Notes under the pieces: model-generated
The model's database searches: none
Seen by the model: the letters and a program-made list of their open reading frames with translations, nothing else
What the model was told of the DNA's origin: nothing
Shown: positions 8,394 to 19,455 of the stretch, piece by piece
Layout: each line of letters starts with the position of its first letter
How positions within the stretch are numbered: the stretch's first letter is position 1
Program-made: the position numbers and the translations under genes
Assembly (NCBI GenBank): GCA_964400735.1
Contig: CAYNVQ010000006.1
Coordinates: 46,800 to 110,799, forward strand
DNA from: an uncultured Eubacteriales bacterium
GTDB taxonomy: Bacteria; Acidobacteriota; Aminicenantia; Aminicenantales; Aminicenantaceae
Direction: 5' to 3'
DNA: 64,000 nt

Positions 8394-11198
8394 CTAAAAG
8401 CGATAGCGGATGCCAAAGCGGATCACGCGCGGGTTGAGGATTTTTGTGATTTCGTCGTATCGTTCGGAGTTGATTCTGCTGAAGCGCCCAAGAGTATGGC
8501 CGAAATTAAAGACATTGAAGGCATCTATCGAAAGGTTCAATATTCCGTATCGATCAAGACGGATCTCCTTTGCCAGGCTGACATCCATATTGTAAAAATT
8601 GGGCAGGTGTGTCGTGCCAGGTTTTTCGGTATAAATGGCCACGGTCGCTCCCCCTCCTACTTTCGCCCTCTCGGGTGCAGGGACAATAATGCCACGCGAT
8701 CTGACATACCCCTGTCTGGCATTGGCAAAACAGCTAAAGTTCAATCCCCAAGGAAGCTGATACAAAAAACTCAGCTTGACGATCCAATCAGACCCTAACC
8801 AATCATACCTGGATCCTTCTAATACGTCTATGTTCGTGGGATCCAGGTATCCCTTCTCCCCAAAATGGACGTTATGGACTTGATAGGTGAATGAGGCGTT
8901 TATCATCCATTTGTGACGGAGTCTTTTTTTGGCTGCAACTTCAAAGCCTCTATAGTTTGTGTGGTAATCAGGCCGATTTTCCACATACACTCCTGCAGGT
9001 CTGTAGCGGTCGAGCGTCCAGTATTCATAATCATATGTAACGCCCTCATGGGTAATCGATCCTTCAAAGGGGCCGATTGAATCCACGAGCGTTTGTTTCC
9101 ATCCCGTATCTTTATCATAGTAAGGGTCCCACCAGCTATGGTGATTGCGCCTGTAGATGAAATGGGCACCTAATGAAAAGTCTGCAAATACTTCCCTCTC
9201 CAAACCCAGGATGAACTCATCCGTTAACCTGTTTTTCAAGTCTGGATCGATGGCGTTAGGGGTGTCCGCATCTGTTGGATTCCAAGGGTCGAAGCCATAA
9301 AACCAGAGGATCCCATCTAGGGGATAGCCCACTAGTTCATCCGTGGATACCCGATTATCTCCGTTTAAATCATTCCAATAGTATCCGGCCGATGGTTGTG
9401 AAGATGTGGAGACCCAAAAAGCGAGGTCCATACCGGTTTGACCTCCATATCTAGCGATATTGCCGCGCAGAATAGTCTTCCCATCTCCCGTGATATCGTA
9501 TGTGAATCCGAGTCTGGGGGAAAAGGTCAGGAGGCTGACTCCCGGGTCTATGCCTGGATAAGTCATGGCAGGCAACAGCTCTGGCGCCACCCGGCTTGCT
9601 TCGACCGAAGCATCATTATTCCTGCTATTCTCTTTATCCAGCCTTGCCCCGATATTGATAGTCCATCTTCCTTTGGTGTAAGCATCGTTGAGATAAATGC
9701 TGTATCTGTTCCCCTGTGAATCCCATATGCCTTCGCGGGAAACCTCAGCGTAAAGGGGTTGTCCGTCCCAATAATGCCTCCAGGCATCCCCCGCCATGGC
9801 TTGGTAACACCAGTCTGAAATAGAGCGGTATGTCACACCGAATGCGAGCTCGTGGTTTCCGCCAAAAAAATCCTCGACAAAATAATTGCCGTCCAATTTG
9901 AGCACGAAGGAAGGCCGTTTTTCCTGGACAAGAGAGCAAGAGCCGAAGGTCATTTGGGTGTAGTAATCATAGCCTGGCTGGACATCCATTCCGCCCTTGG
10001 GCACAAGCTCGAACATTCCCCAAGAATAAGAAATTTTCGTGTTGAGCAGGAAATTATCCGAAAAAGTATGCTGATCTTCGAATTTAAGAAAATTAATAGG
10101 GCCGTCTTGATCTTGAGTCGCTTCAGGAGCCCGGTTTGGAGCCGATCCCCTTCCGAATGCACGCTTGTCGTGGCGAATAAAAGCCAGCTCCATTCTGTTG
10201 TTTCGGCTTATATGGAAATTGAGTTTGGCATTGAAACCCTCGAGTTTTGTGTCTTCCGGGTATCCATCGATGGTGAGCTTTCTTATATCTTGAACACCAT
10301 AGCCGAGCCAGAACCAGAGTCTGTCTTTCTGGATAGGTCCTCCGGCTTGAAGGCCATAGTCCATGATCTGGTTGATTTGATTTCCCGCATAGTCCAAATT
10401 GATGAGCTCCTGGGTGCGGTTATCGCCCTGAAGTTTGTCGTTGGTGAAATAAGCTCGGCCCATAACCTGGAATTTATTCGTTCCTCTTCTGGTCACGAGA
10501 TCGATGGAAGCCCCGCCTGTCTGCTTGGAAGCGCCCTGCCCGCTGGTCGTGATCTGGATCTCCTCGAAGGTGTCGAAATCGTAATACATGGATGAGGTGC
10601 CTGTGACAACCATGTCTGTGATGGGAATTCCGTCCATATTCCACATGGTGTCCCAACTTCCTTTTGACATGAATAAAGACTGCTGTCCGGATTCGCTGCC
10701 GCCGACATTCTCCCGGTCCATCAGCAAACCAGCCGTATGCTGGAGGATAACCCAGGGATCCCGAGCCGAGGGGACTTCCTGAAGCATTTCCTGGGTAAAG
10801 GTCGTGGATGTGCTTGTCTTCTTCATGTCCACTGTAGGGTAATCCGCCACGACAACAACTTTTTCCTCGATAGCGGCAGGTTCCATCGCAATCTTCAAGT
10901 CGATATTGAGTCCGACAACTAGGGAAATATCTTCCTGAATATATGTTTTGAAACCAGATAATTCACATGTGAGATGGTAGTTCCCGACCGGGACATTGAT
11001 GAAACGGAATATACCGCCTTCTGTCGTGGTGACTGAACGCGGATTGTAAAGGTCTGAGTCGAGGGTGACTACGATTCCCGGGAGAGGATGGCCTTGTTCG
11101 TCGAGGACGACCCCGCGTATATTCCCGTACTGTTCCTGGGAGAAGTCGAGACCTGAGAAGAAAAAAAGGGCAATAAATAAAATGGCAAGTTTCCGCAT
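8394..11198 (-). CDS. TonB-dependent outer-membrane receptor with N-terminal carboxypeptidase-regulatory-like (CarboxypepD_reg) domain
   Basis: The signal peptide is MRKLAILFIALFFFSG. The N-terminal segment GNIRGVVLDEQGHPLPGIVVTL...GGIFRFINVPVGNYHLTCELSGFKTY is typical of the carboxypeptidase-regulatory-like beta-sandwich domain. It is followed by a plug region and a long beta-barrel. The terminal residue is aromatic (...FGIRYRF), as in OM barrels. Confidence 0.75.
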   Translation of the reverse strand: MRKLAILFIALFFFSGLDFSQEQYGNIRGVVLDEQGHPLPGIVVTLDSDLYNPRSVTTTEGGIFRFINVPVGNYHLTCELSGFKTYIQEDISLVVGLNIDLKIAMEPAAIEEKVVVVADYPTVDMKKTSTSTTFTQEMLQEVPSARDPWVILQHTAGLLMDRENVGGSESGQQSLFMSKGSWDTMWNMDGIPITDMVVTGTSSMYYDFDTFEEIQITTSGQGASKQTGGASIDLVTRRGTNKFQVMGRAYFTNDKLQGDNRTQELINLDYAGNQINQIMDYGLQAGGPIQKDRLWFWLGYGVQDIRKLTIDGYPEDTKLEGFNAKLNFHISRNNRMELAFIRHDKRAFGRGSAPNRAPEATQDQDGPINFLKFEDQHTFSDNFLLNTKISYSWGMFELVPKGGMDVQPGYDYYTQMTFGSCSLVQEKRPSFVLKLDGNYFVEDFFGGNHELAFGVTYRSISDWCYQAMAGDAWRHYWDGQPLYAEVSREGIWDSQGNRYSIYLNDAYTKGRWTINIGARLDKENSRNNDASVEASRVAPELLPAMTYPGIDPGVSLLTFSPRLGFTYDITGDGKTILRGNIARYGGQTGMDLAFWVSTSSQPSAGYYWNDLNGDNRVSTDELVGYPLDGILWFYGFDPWNPTDADTPNAIDPDLKNRLTDEFILGLEREVFADFSLGAHFIYRRNHHSWWDPYYDKDTGWKQTLVDSIGPFEGSITHEGVTYDYEYWTLDRYRPAGVYVENRPDYHTNYRGFEVAAKKRLRHKWMINASFTYQVHNVHFGEKGYLDPTNIDVLEGSRYDWLGSDWIVKLSFLYQLPWGLNFSCFANARQGYVRSRGIIVPAPERAKVGGGATVAIYTEKPGTTHLPNFYNMDVSLAKEIRLDRYGILNLSIDAFNVFNFGHTLGRFSRINSERYDEITKILNPRVIRFGIRYRF

Positions 11199-11301
11199 TT
11201 TCCCTACCTTGCTGAGTCCTTTGTAAAGATAATTGTCGAAATGGGCATTGTCAAGGTTTCATGTCTTTTTATTTCCTTGCTCCCTATTTCTCCATGCTGC
11301 C

Positions 11302-11330
11302 TTGACAGAATCTTCACACTTCCTTAACGT
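11302..11330 (+). promoter_or_regulatory. Putative promoter of HK2 module: TTGACA-N17-TAACGT
   Basis: cTTGACAgaatcttcacacttcctTAACGTtaaat matches the HK1-upstream element. It shares the -35 hexamer TTGACA, the gaatc following it and the TAACGTT -10 region. It lies divergent from the TonB receptor gene. Confidence 0.45.
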
Positions 11331-11390
11331 TAAATCCTAACGAGTATGGTAAACTAGCAGTGGGAGAATCGCTTCATTTCGGGATCGGGC

Positions 11391-13529
11391 ATGCTTGAAA
11401 ACCTCAGAATCGCTGTTAAAAGACAAAAGAGAATGATCCTGATTTTTTTCCTGACCATTTTCATCCCATCGATTTTTCTTGGCATTTTCGGTATTCGGGC
11501 TATCAGGAACGAAAGATACAGAGCAGCCAAACAACTGGAGAACGAATACCGAAGAGCAGCCGAGTATTTGAAATCCCAGGTCCATGGTCACTTTAGAGAA
11601 CTTGGATCAGGCTTCCAAAAATTGGCGCATTCCTCATTTTTAGCAGATAAGGATTATTCCAGGATCAAAAATGAGATTGTCAATCAGCTCGCTGACAATC
11701 CTCTGATGGAATTCGTATTTATCGCTTATGAAGATAGTGAGCCGTTTTTTCCTCAGTTTCAACCGGTCCCGAAAGATAGGATATCTTCGCTCCCCAAATT
11801 TACGAGTTCCCAGCTCGCCCGGTTGAGAAGAGCTGAGGGATACGAGTTCGAACAGAAAAGATACGACATGGCCATCTCTGTGTATGGCGAACTTTTCGGC
11901 CAATTGGAAGATCAAAATCTTAAAGCACAAATGCTTGCCGACATGGCACGGGCTCAAGTAAAGATGAAGGATTATGGAAAGGCGGTAAACAACTACAAGA
12001 CCGTTATCGATAATTATAAATTCAGTTTGAGCTCTTTAGGTTTGCCGCTGGCCGTGTTCAGTGGATTGCAAGTTATAAACTGCTACAAAGAATTAGGTGA
12101 TCTCGAGAGTGCCCTGAAGGCAGCATTGACTCTATACCGTGATATTTGCGACATGACCTGGGATTTAACCGAAGCGCAGTTCAAAACCTATTGTTCTCTG
12201 CTCGATGAGGCCATTGCGGAAATCGGTGCTGGCGTACAAAAGGAGCCCCTCGGGAGAGATTTTTCCAAGGGATTGGATCGATTGAAAGTCTCCTACGGAG
12301 AAAGAATCGAACAATGGCGGGCCATGAAGGATATCGAACAGGATATCATTCCCGAGTTGAGGAATGGAGCCGCTCGTTCTTCTGATTTCGCCTCTTTTCC
12401 CCATTTTTATGCAAAAGTGATCGGTAACACTCCTTACCTTATTGCATCTGTTTCGATTCGAAACGTCGAAGATGCCGGATTTTCCGGCATTGTCGGGGCC
12501 AGAACAGATCATGAATATTTGACAGAAAATATACTGCATCGGTTGATCGAAAACATGGATTTCAGTGAAGAGACCAATATCGTTATATCCACTCTCGATG
12601 GTAGGCCCTTGTTGGGGAAAAAAGACCCATCAGATGAGCAGGCATCCATCACGGAATTTTTTGTTGATAATTTTCCTCCGTGGAAGATCGAATTTTTCCG
12701 CAGCAGCGCTTCCGGCTTTGCAGGAGTGGATCTAAGAAAAAGCTTTTATTTTTGGACGGTCGTCGTACTCCTGATCGTTCTGATATTCGGCTCTGCTTTG
12801 ATCATGAGAACGGTCTCTCAAGAAATGGGAGTGCTCAAGATGAAATCCGATTTTGTCACTTCTGTCTCCCACGAGTTCAAAACCCCTCTGACTTCGATAA
12901 AGGCTTTAATCGAAAGAATCCAATGGGGTAAGGTCAAGGACGAGGCGAAGATGGATCAGTATATTTCCGTCATCGCTCAGGATACGGATAAATTGACTCG
13001 CTTGGTGGGGAATATCCTGGATTTTTCCAAAATGGAAGAAGGAAAAAGAGAATTCGATTTTGCGGAAACGGATGTGGCGCAGTTGGTGGCCTCTCAAGTC
13101 AAGGAATTCCAAAAGGACAAATTCCGGAAGGATTTTTCTATCCTAACTTTCATTCAGGAGGACATGCCCAAATTGACTGTTGATAGAGAGGCTTTTTCCC
13201 AGGCCTTGATTAATCTACTGGACAACGCAGTGAAATTTTCCCCACAGGAAAAAGAAATCCATGTCCATCTGGGCGCAGATGAGGAAAACGTTATCCTGGA
13301 GGTCAAAGATAAAGGAATCGGAATCCTTCCAGATGATCTGTATAAAATATTCGAAAAATTCTACCAGGGAAAAAATGCACTCAAGCAGACGGTCAAAGGC
13401 GCGGGTTTAGGATTGACTTTGGTCAAGCATACGGTCGAAGCCCATGGGGGAAGAGTATCCGTCAAGAGCAAGGTTGATGAGGGGAGTACTTTTTCTCTAA
13501 TTTTTCCTGTAAAAAGAGAATCGAAGTGA
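11391..13529 (+). CDS. Sensor histidine kinase, module 2; closest paralog of HK1
   Basis: The N-terminus MLENLRIAVKRQKRMILIFFLTIFIPSIFLGIFGIRAIRNERYR is nearly collinear with HK1. FPPW precedes TM2, FYFWTVVVLLIVLIFGSALIM. The H-box is SVSHEFKTPLTSI. An HATPase domain with GAGLGLTLV is present. Confidence 0.85.
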   Translation: MLENLRIAVKRQKRMILIFFLTIFIPSIFLGIFGIRAIRNERYRAAKQLENEYRRAAEYLKSQVHGHFRELGSGFQKLAHSSFLADKDYSRIKNEIVNQLADNPLMEFVFIAYEDSEPFFPQFQPVPKDRISSLPKFTSSQLARLRRAEGYEFEQKRYDMAISVYGELFGQLEDQNLKAQMLADMARAQVKMKDYGKAVNNYKTVIDNYKFSLSSLGLPLAVFSGLQVINCYKELGDLESALKAALTLYRDICDMTWDLTEAQFKTYCSLLDEAIAEIGAGVQKEPLGRDFSKGLDRLKVSYGERIEQWRAMKDIEQDIIPELRNGAARSSDFASFPHFYAKVIGNTPYLIASVSIRNVEDAGFSGIVGARTDHEYLTENILHRLIENMDFSEETNIVISTLDGRPLLGKKDPSDEQASITEFFVDNFPPWKIEFFRSSASGFAGVDLRKSFYFWTVVVLLIVLIFGSALIMRTVSQEMGVLKMKSDFVTSVSHEFKTPLTSIKALIERIQWGKVKDEAKMDQYISVIAQDTDKLTRLVGNILDFSKMEEGKREFDFAETDVAQLVASQVKEFQKDKFRKDFSILTFIQEDMPKLTVDREAFSQALINLLDNAVKFSPQEKEIHVHLGADEENVILEVKDKGIGILPDDLYKIFEKFYQGKNALKQTVKGAGLGLTLVKHTVEAHGGRVSVKSKVDEGSTFSLIFPVKRESK

Positions 13530-13536
13530 GGTCCGC

Positions 13537-14223
13537 ATGGCGAAGAAAATCTTGATCGTCGAAGACGATCCGGGAATATCTCTCGGGCTCAAGGATGAAT
13601 TCGAATCCGAAGGGTACGAGGTTTTTGCTGCGGAAGATGGAGAGAAAGGATTGGAAGCGGCCAAGACCCAAAAGCCAGACATCATCATCCTGGACATCAT
13701 GCTTCCTGTTCAGGATGGGTACGAAGTATGCAGAAGATTGAGGATGGAGGGAAACCGAACGCCTATTATCATGCTGACGGTCAAGGATAAGGAAATCGAC
13801 AAAATATTAGGGTTGGAGTTGGGAGCGGACGATTATGTCACCAAACCCTTTAGCCTCCGGGAACTTGTCGCCCGGGCAAAAGCCATCTTTCGGAGAACAG
13901 AGGCTCATGTTGAAGATTTGGATATGTATTCCTTCGGTGAAATCGAACTGGACTTTAAAAAATACGAAGCCATGAAAACGGGGAAAAAACTGGAGTTGAC
14001 TCCTCTCGAATTTCATTTGTTGAAGCTGATGATCCAACGAAAGGGGGAAGTTCTTACCAGGCACGATTTTTTGAATGGCATTTGGGGAAAGAACAACATA
14101 TCCGTGACCGATAGAACAGTGGACAGCCATATCGCTAATATCCGGAAGAAGCTTGAGGACGATCCCGCCCATCCCAGGCATATCGTCAGTGTCCGTGGCG
14201 TGGGGTATAAATTTGTGGATTAA
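13537..14223 (+). CDS. OmpR-family response regulator, module 2
   Basis: [30 protein letters not shown] and the C-terminus SVRGVGYKFVD are present. It starts 8 nt after the HK2 stop. Confidence 0.9.
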   Translation: MAKKILIVEDDPGISLGLKDEFESEGYEVFAAEDGEKGLEAAKTQKPDIIILDIMLPVQDGYEVCRRLRMEGNRTPIIMLTVKDKEIDKILGLELGADDYVTKPFSLRELVARAKAIFRRTEAHVEDLDMYSFGEIELDFKKYEAMKTGKKLELTPLEFHLLKLMIQRKGEVLTRHDFLNGIWGKNNISVTDRTVDSHIANIRKKLEDDPAHPRHIVSVRGVGYKFVD

Positions 14224-14365
14224 AATGCCATTGCGAGGAATGTGATCACGAAGCAATTTTCTAAAAATGACTGCGTGGTATTTTCATGGAATCTCCATAC
14301 TTCCTTGACACGCCCCGTTTCAAGAATCGTTATATTGAGATTAACGAAATGAAACGGAGGTTATC

Positions 14366-16510
14366 ATGAGAAAAACGAAAAAAACATCATTGATGCTTAT
14401 TTTCACGACGATCGTCCTTCTTATCCTTTTTGTTGATTTATCGTCCCAGCAAACCGGAGAAGAACTTTTCGAAAAAGCCATGTATATGGAAGAAGCTCAG
14501 GGTGACCTACAAAAAGCCATCGAACTCTACAAGCAGATCTTGAAGCAATTCCCTGAAAACCGTGAGATAGCCGCCAAAGCCCAGCTCCACATCGGCCTCT
14601 GCTATGAAAAGATCGGACTGAAGGATGCAGAGGAGGCCTATTTGAGTGTAATCAAGAATTTTCCAGAGCAGACCAATGAAGTCGCGGTGGCCCGGGACAG
14701 ACTCGCTGGAATCGAACGTTCTTTTTCCAAGCTCGAACGGCAGCCAAAGTTCCGGAAGATTGAGATTGCCAGCAAGCCGCAAAATGGAGTCCTTTCGCCT
14801 GATGGCAAAAAGCTGGCCCTTATCTCCGAGGGTGCCGTGTGGGTGGTGCCTCTCCATGGTAGAGTAGACTCTAATATCGCCGGCGAGCCGGTCCGACTAG
14901 CCGATGTTGACGGGGTTTGGGATAACGGGAGCCTGATGGCCTGGTCAGCGAACGGAAAGTGGATTGCGGTCAATAGCTTTGCCGATGACAAGGACATCGT
15001 TCACATCATTCCGGCAGCTGGAGGTAAGCCTCGGCTGATTCAAATGCCCGATCGCGGCGGTCATGCTTGGAGCTATCGGCTGAGTCTTTCTCCAGATGGA
15101 CAGTCAGTGGCGGTCTCGGCGTTAGCACTCGGCAAACACGAGGAAGCACAAGAGAACCAAAGCCGCTACATCTACACAATCGCGACAGCAGGAGGGGAGC
15201 CCAATCAGGTCTCGTCTGGCCTGGATCGGGAACCCTCCTTCTCCCCCGATGGCAAGTTTATTGCCTATGTGGGCTTTCGTGAAAGAGATGATTGGCGAAA
15301 GCGCTCCCGTTTTGACGGTGACCTATGGGTTGTTCCTTCGACGGGAGGAACACCTTTGAAGCTTGCCAATGTGGATGGCCGGTTGAGAGGGCCACTTTGG
15401 TCGCCTGATGGAAGGTTCATCGCTGCACACTATGAGCCAGGAGGGACCAACGACAGCAAGGCAATATGGGTGTACCCCGTTGCACCTGATGTATCAAGTG
15501 CAAGTGAACCCATCAAGATTTCGCTTCCTCGGTCAAGCTGGAACATGCTGGCAGGCTGGACACCGCAAAACGAGCTCGGGGTTTTCATTCAATCGGAAGG
15601 TCACAGTGCGATTTACACCGTGCCTGCCTCTGGAGGTAAGGCAGTGCAGGTGACCCCTGAGCCCGGAGGTTATTACCCGAGATGGTCACCAGATGGAGAG
15701 CGCATCTACTTCAGAGCGTTCAATGAGGAAAACGAAAAGGTCACCACACTCTATGTCCCTGCTGTGGGAGGCAACCCCATCGAGATTCCTGTGGAAGCAG
15801 AACGGCGGCTTGTGTCTAGAGTGCCAGGCGGCGGCCTCGATGTTTCGCCTGATGGCGAGAGAATCGTTGTCAGCGCTTATCAGGATCCATATGACCGCGT
15901 AGAGGGTGTCGATATTTGGACGATTCCTATAACCGGTGGACGCCCAACTCGACTGACCAGCGATGGGTCTTTCGAAGGCTATCCCTGCTGGTCTCCTGAT
16001 GGACGGTGGATTGCGTTTACCGATTGGCATGAAAAGTCCGAGGACGAAGGTTTTGATGCCATATATATAATTCCTGCAGGAGGGGGCGAGATCAGACAAA
16101 TCACCTCAGAAGCAGATAGCCTTGGGGGTGGCGCTATCGCGTTCTCGCCTGATGGAGAACGGATCGCATTCTTCTCGGAGGGTGCTATCAAGACAATTCC
16201 GTTCGAAGGAGGTCAACCCGTGGTGCTCGTTGCAGAGGTTAAATCCGGCAGGCACAGTCAGTTGGCCTATTCCCCGGATGGCTCGAAGATTGCCTACAAC
16301 GCAGAGGGAAAAGTCTGGATAACTAAGTTAGATGGAGGAGTACCGGAAGAGCTGCGCACGGGTCTCCCCGAAGATGCTGAGCTCAATGAATTCGACTGGT
16401 CGCCGGACGGAAAAAAAATCGCTTTTATGGTAGAGATCGGCAACGTACCCCAGTTCTGGTTCATCAGTAACTTTTTACAAGAGGAGAGACAGCTGCCTCA
16501 GCCTTTTTGA
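14366..16510 (+). CDS. Secreted TPR-like plus PD40 beta-propeller protein, module 2
   Basis: The RBS is ggaggttatcATG. The signal peptide is MRKTKKTSLMLIFTTIVLLILFVDLSSQQ. The family motif is AKAQLHIGLCYEKIG. More than 10 SPDG-type repeats are present. The C-terminus is FWFISNFLQ. Confidence 0.8.
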   Translation: MRKTKKTSLMLIFTTIVLLILFVDLSSQQTGEELFEKAMYMEEAQGDLQKAIELYKQILKQFPENREIAAKAQLHIGLCYEKIGLKDAEEAYLSVIKNFPEQTNEVAVARDRLAGIERSFSKLERQPKFRKIEIASKPQNGVLSPDGKKLALISEGAVWVVPLHGRVDSNIAGEPVRLADVDGVWDNGSLMAWSANGKWIAVNSFADDKDIVHIIPAAGGKPRLIQMPDRGGHAWSYRLSLSPDGQSVAVSALALGKHEEAQENQSRYIYTIATAGGEPNQVSSGLDREPSFSPDGKFIAYVGFRERDDWRKRSRFDGDLWVVPSTGGTPLKLANVDGRLRGPLWSPDGRFIAAHYEPGGTNDSKAIWVYPVAPDVSSASEPIKISLPRSSWNMLAGWTPQNELGVFIQSEGHSAIYTVPASGGKAVQVTPEPGGYYPRWSPDGERIYFRAFNEENEKVTTLYVPAVGGNPIEIPVEAERRLVSRVPGGGLDVSPDGERIVVSAYQDPYDRVEGVDIWTIPITGGRPTRLTSDGSFEGYPCWSPDGRWIAFTDWHEKSEDEGFDAIYIIPAGGGEIRQITSEADSLGGGAIAFSPDGERIAFFSEGAIKTIPFEGGQPVVLVAEVKSGRHSQLAYSPDGSKIAYNAEGKVWITKLDGGVPEELRTGLPEDAELNEFDWSPDGKKIAFMVEIGNVPQFWFISNFLQEERQLPQPF

Positions 16511-16671
16511 TGAAAAGAATTGGGACGTTTCTATTTTTTCTTGCGTCCAAGCCTACTGAAAAACAAACTCTAACCATTTACTTAAAAAAAATGAACCGTC
16601 TCCTTTTTCTTTCAGGAAAAATCTTTACAATTCCATGACAACTGAGTAGCCATAGATGATAAAATGAATAC

Positions 16672-18648
16672 ATGCATTCTCTTCCTTCCAGCAGATTGAA
16701 GAGAAGTCTGCGCAAACAGGTCATCCTTTTCGGCATATCTGTCCTTTTGCCCGCCCTCGTTCTTTTCGTTTTTATCGTCCGTTTGAACAAGCAGGATAAT
16801 GAGCTGAGAAAAAAGAGAGCGGTTGAGGCTCAGCAGCAGAAGGCCGAAGAGATAGGAAGGCACCTAGCAGAAAGACTGGAGAAAACGGAAAGGATTATTC
16901 TGCAGGAATTGGCTTCGGATTCCGGCAATAGCCAAAACGTCTATCGAATGCATCCTGAATTGGTCTTTATAGGAAGCATTATCAATGAAAAACTTCTGAT
17001 GCCTTGGGAGGAATCCAAAGAAAAGAAACTGACCTCAGAAGGCAGCCGCTCCGAACACCTCTTAATTCAGGCCCAGCAGGCTGAGTTTGAAAAGAACGAT
17101 CTGCGGCTTGCCCTATCGATATTAAAAAGAGCTCAATCTTTAACGGATTCCTCTTTCCAAAGGTGTTTTATACAGGTTCAGCAAGGAAGGGTTCTCTTAA
17201 AATTGGGCGATGAGGAAGGGGCCCGTCGTGTTTATCGTGAGATTCTCGATCAGCCGGGTGATCTTGCTGATGAGTATGGCATCCCTTTTTTCCTTTATGC
17301 CGCTGATCGTCTTTCGGAATTGGACCCAGAGTTCGAGCCCATCCTGTACCGGCTGGAAGGTTTGATGGAAGAAATCCGCTGGCTTCCCTCCAGTGCGTTT
17401 TATTTTATCCGGGACATTGCCGTGAAGATTCAAGAGCGGTCACAGGATTCAGCTCTTTTGGAGAGAATAGAGAACCTGGGACAAACAGTGGAGAGTTCCC
17501 TTTTAGATCTTGAAAGACTAGAGTCGCTTAAAGGTTTTGTATCGAGCTGGAGGCTGCGTCATCGTTCCCTTAATAGGTCCGAAGATTCAAAGACCTGGAG
17601 ATCCCACGGAGATATTCCCTGGATCGTCGGCCTTAGTGAGTTGAACGAAGGCCAACCGCAGGTCCTCCTCTCCTTCCATGGGCCTCGTATCTTAAGCACG
17701 GTGATCGAGGAGACTGGTTTGGCTGTGACTTTTCCAGGTTCTTGTCGGATAGCTATAAGCCCTACCGGAGAGGGCATTTCTCCAGGTGGATCTTTCGAGG
17801 GATTCCAGCTCCACTTCGATGAAACCGATGTTTCTGCCTGGTCCAAGTCTTCTCTCCCTTTTCCCATCCTGTACTGGTCGATCCTTATTCTTGTCATCGG
17901 ATTTACCGCTTTCGGAGGTTATCTGCTCTGGCGGGATATCGGCCGGGAATTGGCGATCGCGGAAATGAGATCGCAGTTTACAGCCACTGTTTCCCACGAA
18001 CTCAAAACCCCGCTGACTTCCATACGCATGTTTGCCGAAGCCTTGACTATGGGAGTGCATAAGCAACCTGAGGCCCAAAAGGAATATCTGCAAACGATCA
18101 TCAGCGAGAGCGAACGCCTGAGCCGGCTGCTCAACAATGTCCTCGATTTCTCCAAAATCGAACAGGGAACCAGGACTTACCGATTAGAGCCTACATCACT
18201 CGAAGAAGTCATCCATGCGGCAGAAAAAGCTATGGCCTTTCCGATGAATCAAAAGGGATTTAGTCTCCAGGTTGAGGTCGAGGAAGGAATCCCCGAGATC
18301 CGAGCCGACAGAGATGCCCTCGAACAGGCCGTCCTCAACCTCCTTCACAACGCCATGAAGTATTCGGGAGATAGCCGGAAAATCCGACTTAAGCTTCACA
18401 GAAATGGAGATACGGCCTCCATCGATGTCATCGACCACGGCATCGGCATATCGGAGGAGAACAAAGGTCGAATTTTCTGCAAATTCTTCAGAATTCCAGG
18501 GATCGAAAACCAAACCATTCCTGGCACGGGATTGGGTCTGACCATTGTTTTCCACATCGCAGAATCACACGGAGGCAGGGTAGAAGTTTCCAGCCAGCCC
18601 GGAGCAGGAAGCACCTTTTCTATTGTTCTTCCCCTGGAGGCCAGATGA
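16672..18648 (+). CDS. Sensor histidine kinase, module 3; closest paralog of HK6
   Basis: The N-terminus is TM1 followed by a coiled region. The sensor domain carries AEFEKN and YGIPFFLYAADRL motifs. TM2 is FPILYWSILILVIGFTAFGGYLLW. The H-box is [12 protein letters not shown]. The HATPase region includes GTGLGLTIV. Confidence 0.85.
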   Translation: MHSLPSSRLKRSLRKQVILFGISVLLPALVLFVFIVRLNKQDNELRKKRAVEAQQQKAEEIGRHLAERLEKTERIILQELASDSGNSQNVYRMHPELVFIGSIINEKLLMPWEESKEKKLTSEGSRSEHLLIQAQQAEFEKNDLRLALSILKRAQSLTDSSFQRCFIQVQQGRVLLKLGDEEGARRVYREILDQPGDLADEYGIPFFLYAADRLSELDPEFEPILYRLEGLMEEIRWLPSSAFYFIRDIAVKIQERSQDSALLERIENLGQTVESSLLDLERLESLKGFVSSWRLRHRSLNRSEDSKTWRSHGDIPWIVGLSELNEGQPQVLLSFHGPRILSTVIEETGLAVTFPGSCRIAISPTGEGISPGGSFEGFQLHFDETDVSAWSKSSLPFPILYWSILILVIGFTAFGGYLLWRDIGRELAIAEMRSQFTATVSHELKTPLTSIRMFAEALTMGVHKQPEAQKEYLQTIISESERLSRLLNNVLDFSKIEQGTRTYRLEPTSLEEVIHAAEKAMAFPMNQKGFSLQVEVEEGIPEIRADRDALEQAVLNLLHNAMKYSGDSRKIRLKLHRNGDTASIDVIDHGIGISEENKGRIFCKFFRIPGIENQTIPGTGLGLTIVFHIAESHGGRVEVSSQPGAGSTFSIVLPLEAR

Positions 18649-19349
18649 AACAGATTTTGATCATCGAAGACGACATTTCCATCCTGAAAGGGCTGAAAGA
18701 TGTGCTGACCTTCAAATCCTATGAGGTTCTCGTGGCAACAGATGGAGAATCGGGATATGAAATGGCTGTTGAGAAAAACCCAGATCTCATCATCCTAGAC
18801 ATCATGCTTCCCAAAATGGATGGTTTCACTCTCTGCAAAAAGCTAAGGGACGCAGGAAATATGACTCCTGTTTTGATGCTGACCGCCAGGGGAGAAGAGC
18901 CGGATAAGGTGCAGGGACTGGACATTGGTGCGGATGACTATGTGACCAAGCCCTTCTCTCTGCCGGAGCTCCTTGCCCGGGTCAGGGCCCTGCTCAGACG
19001 AAGCCCGGGAGAGGAAAAAGAGAAAACCCCTCCGGATTCGCTCAGATTGGGGAATGTTTTTCTGGATTTTAGGAAATACGAGGCCTCGAAGGAGGGATTG
19101 CCCTTGAGTCTTACTCCCAAAGAGTTCGGCGTTTTAAGGTGTCTTGCCTCCCGAGCGGGTGATGTGGTCACCCGGGATGAGCTCCTGGATGAAGTCTGGG
19201 GATATGAAAAGTTTCCTACTACCCGCACGGTGGATAATCATTTGGCCCAGATCCGTTCCAAGATAGAGGAGAATCCCTCTGATCCTCGATATCTGATCAC
19301 CGTCCATGGAGTCGGATACAAACTGGTTTGGGATGAAGAAAAAACATGA
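18645..19349 (+). CDS. OmpR-family response regulator, module 3
   Basis: MKQILIIEDD is present. An ATGA overlap joins it to HK3. The C-terminus is TVHGVGYKLVWDEEKT. Confidence 0.9.
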   Translation: MKQILIIEDDISILKGLKDVLTFKSYEVLVATDGESGYEMAVEKNPDLIILDIMLPKMDGFTLCKKLRDAGNMTPVLMLTARGEEPDKVQGLDIGADDYVTKPFSLPELLARVRALLRRSPGEEKEKTPPDSLRLGNVFLDFRKYEASKEGLPLSLTPKEFGVLRCLASRAGDVVTRDELLDEVWGYEKFPTTRTVDNHLAQIRSKIEENPSDPRYLITVHGVGYKLVWDEEKT

Positions 19350-19455
19350 TGTTGGGATCTTTACAAAATAATTACAAATTTCTTACATGGCCATGACAAC
19401 CCAGAGATTTAAAAAGCTTATCTTCGGAGTGAAACAAAATCCGAGGAGGCAAACG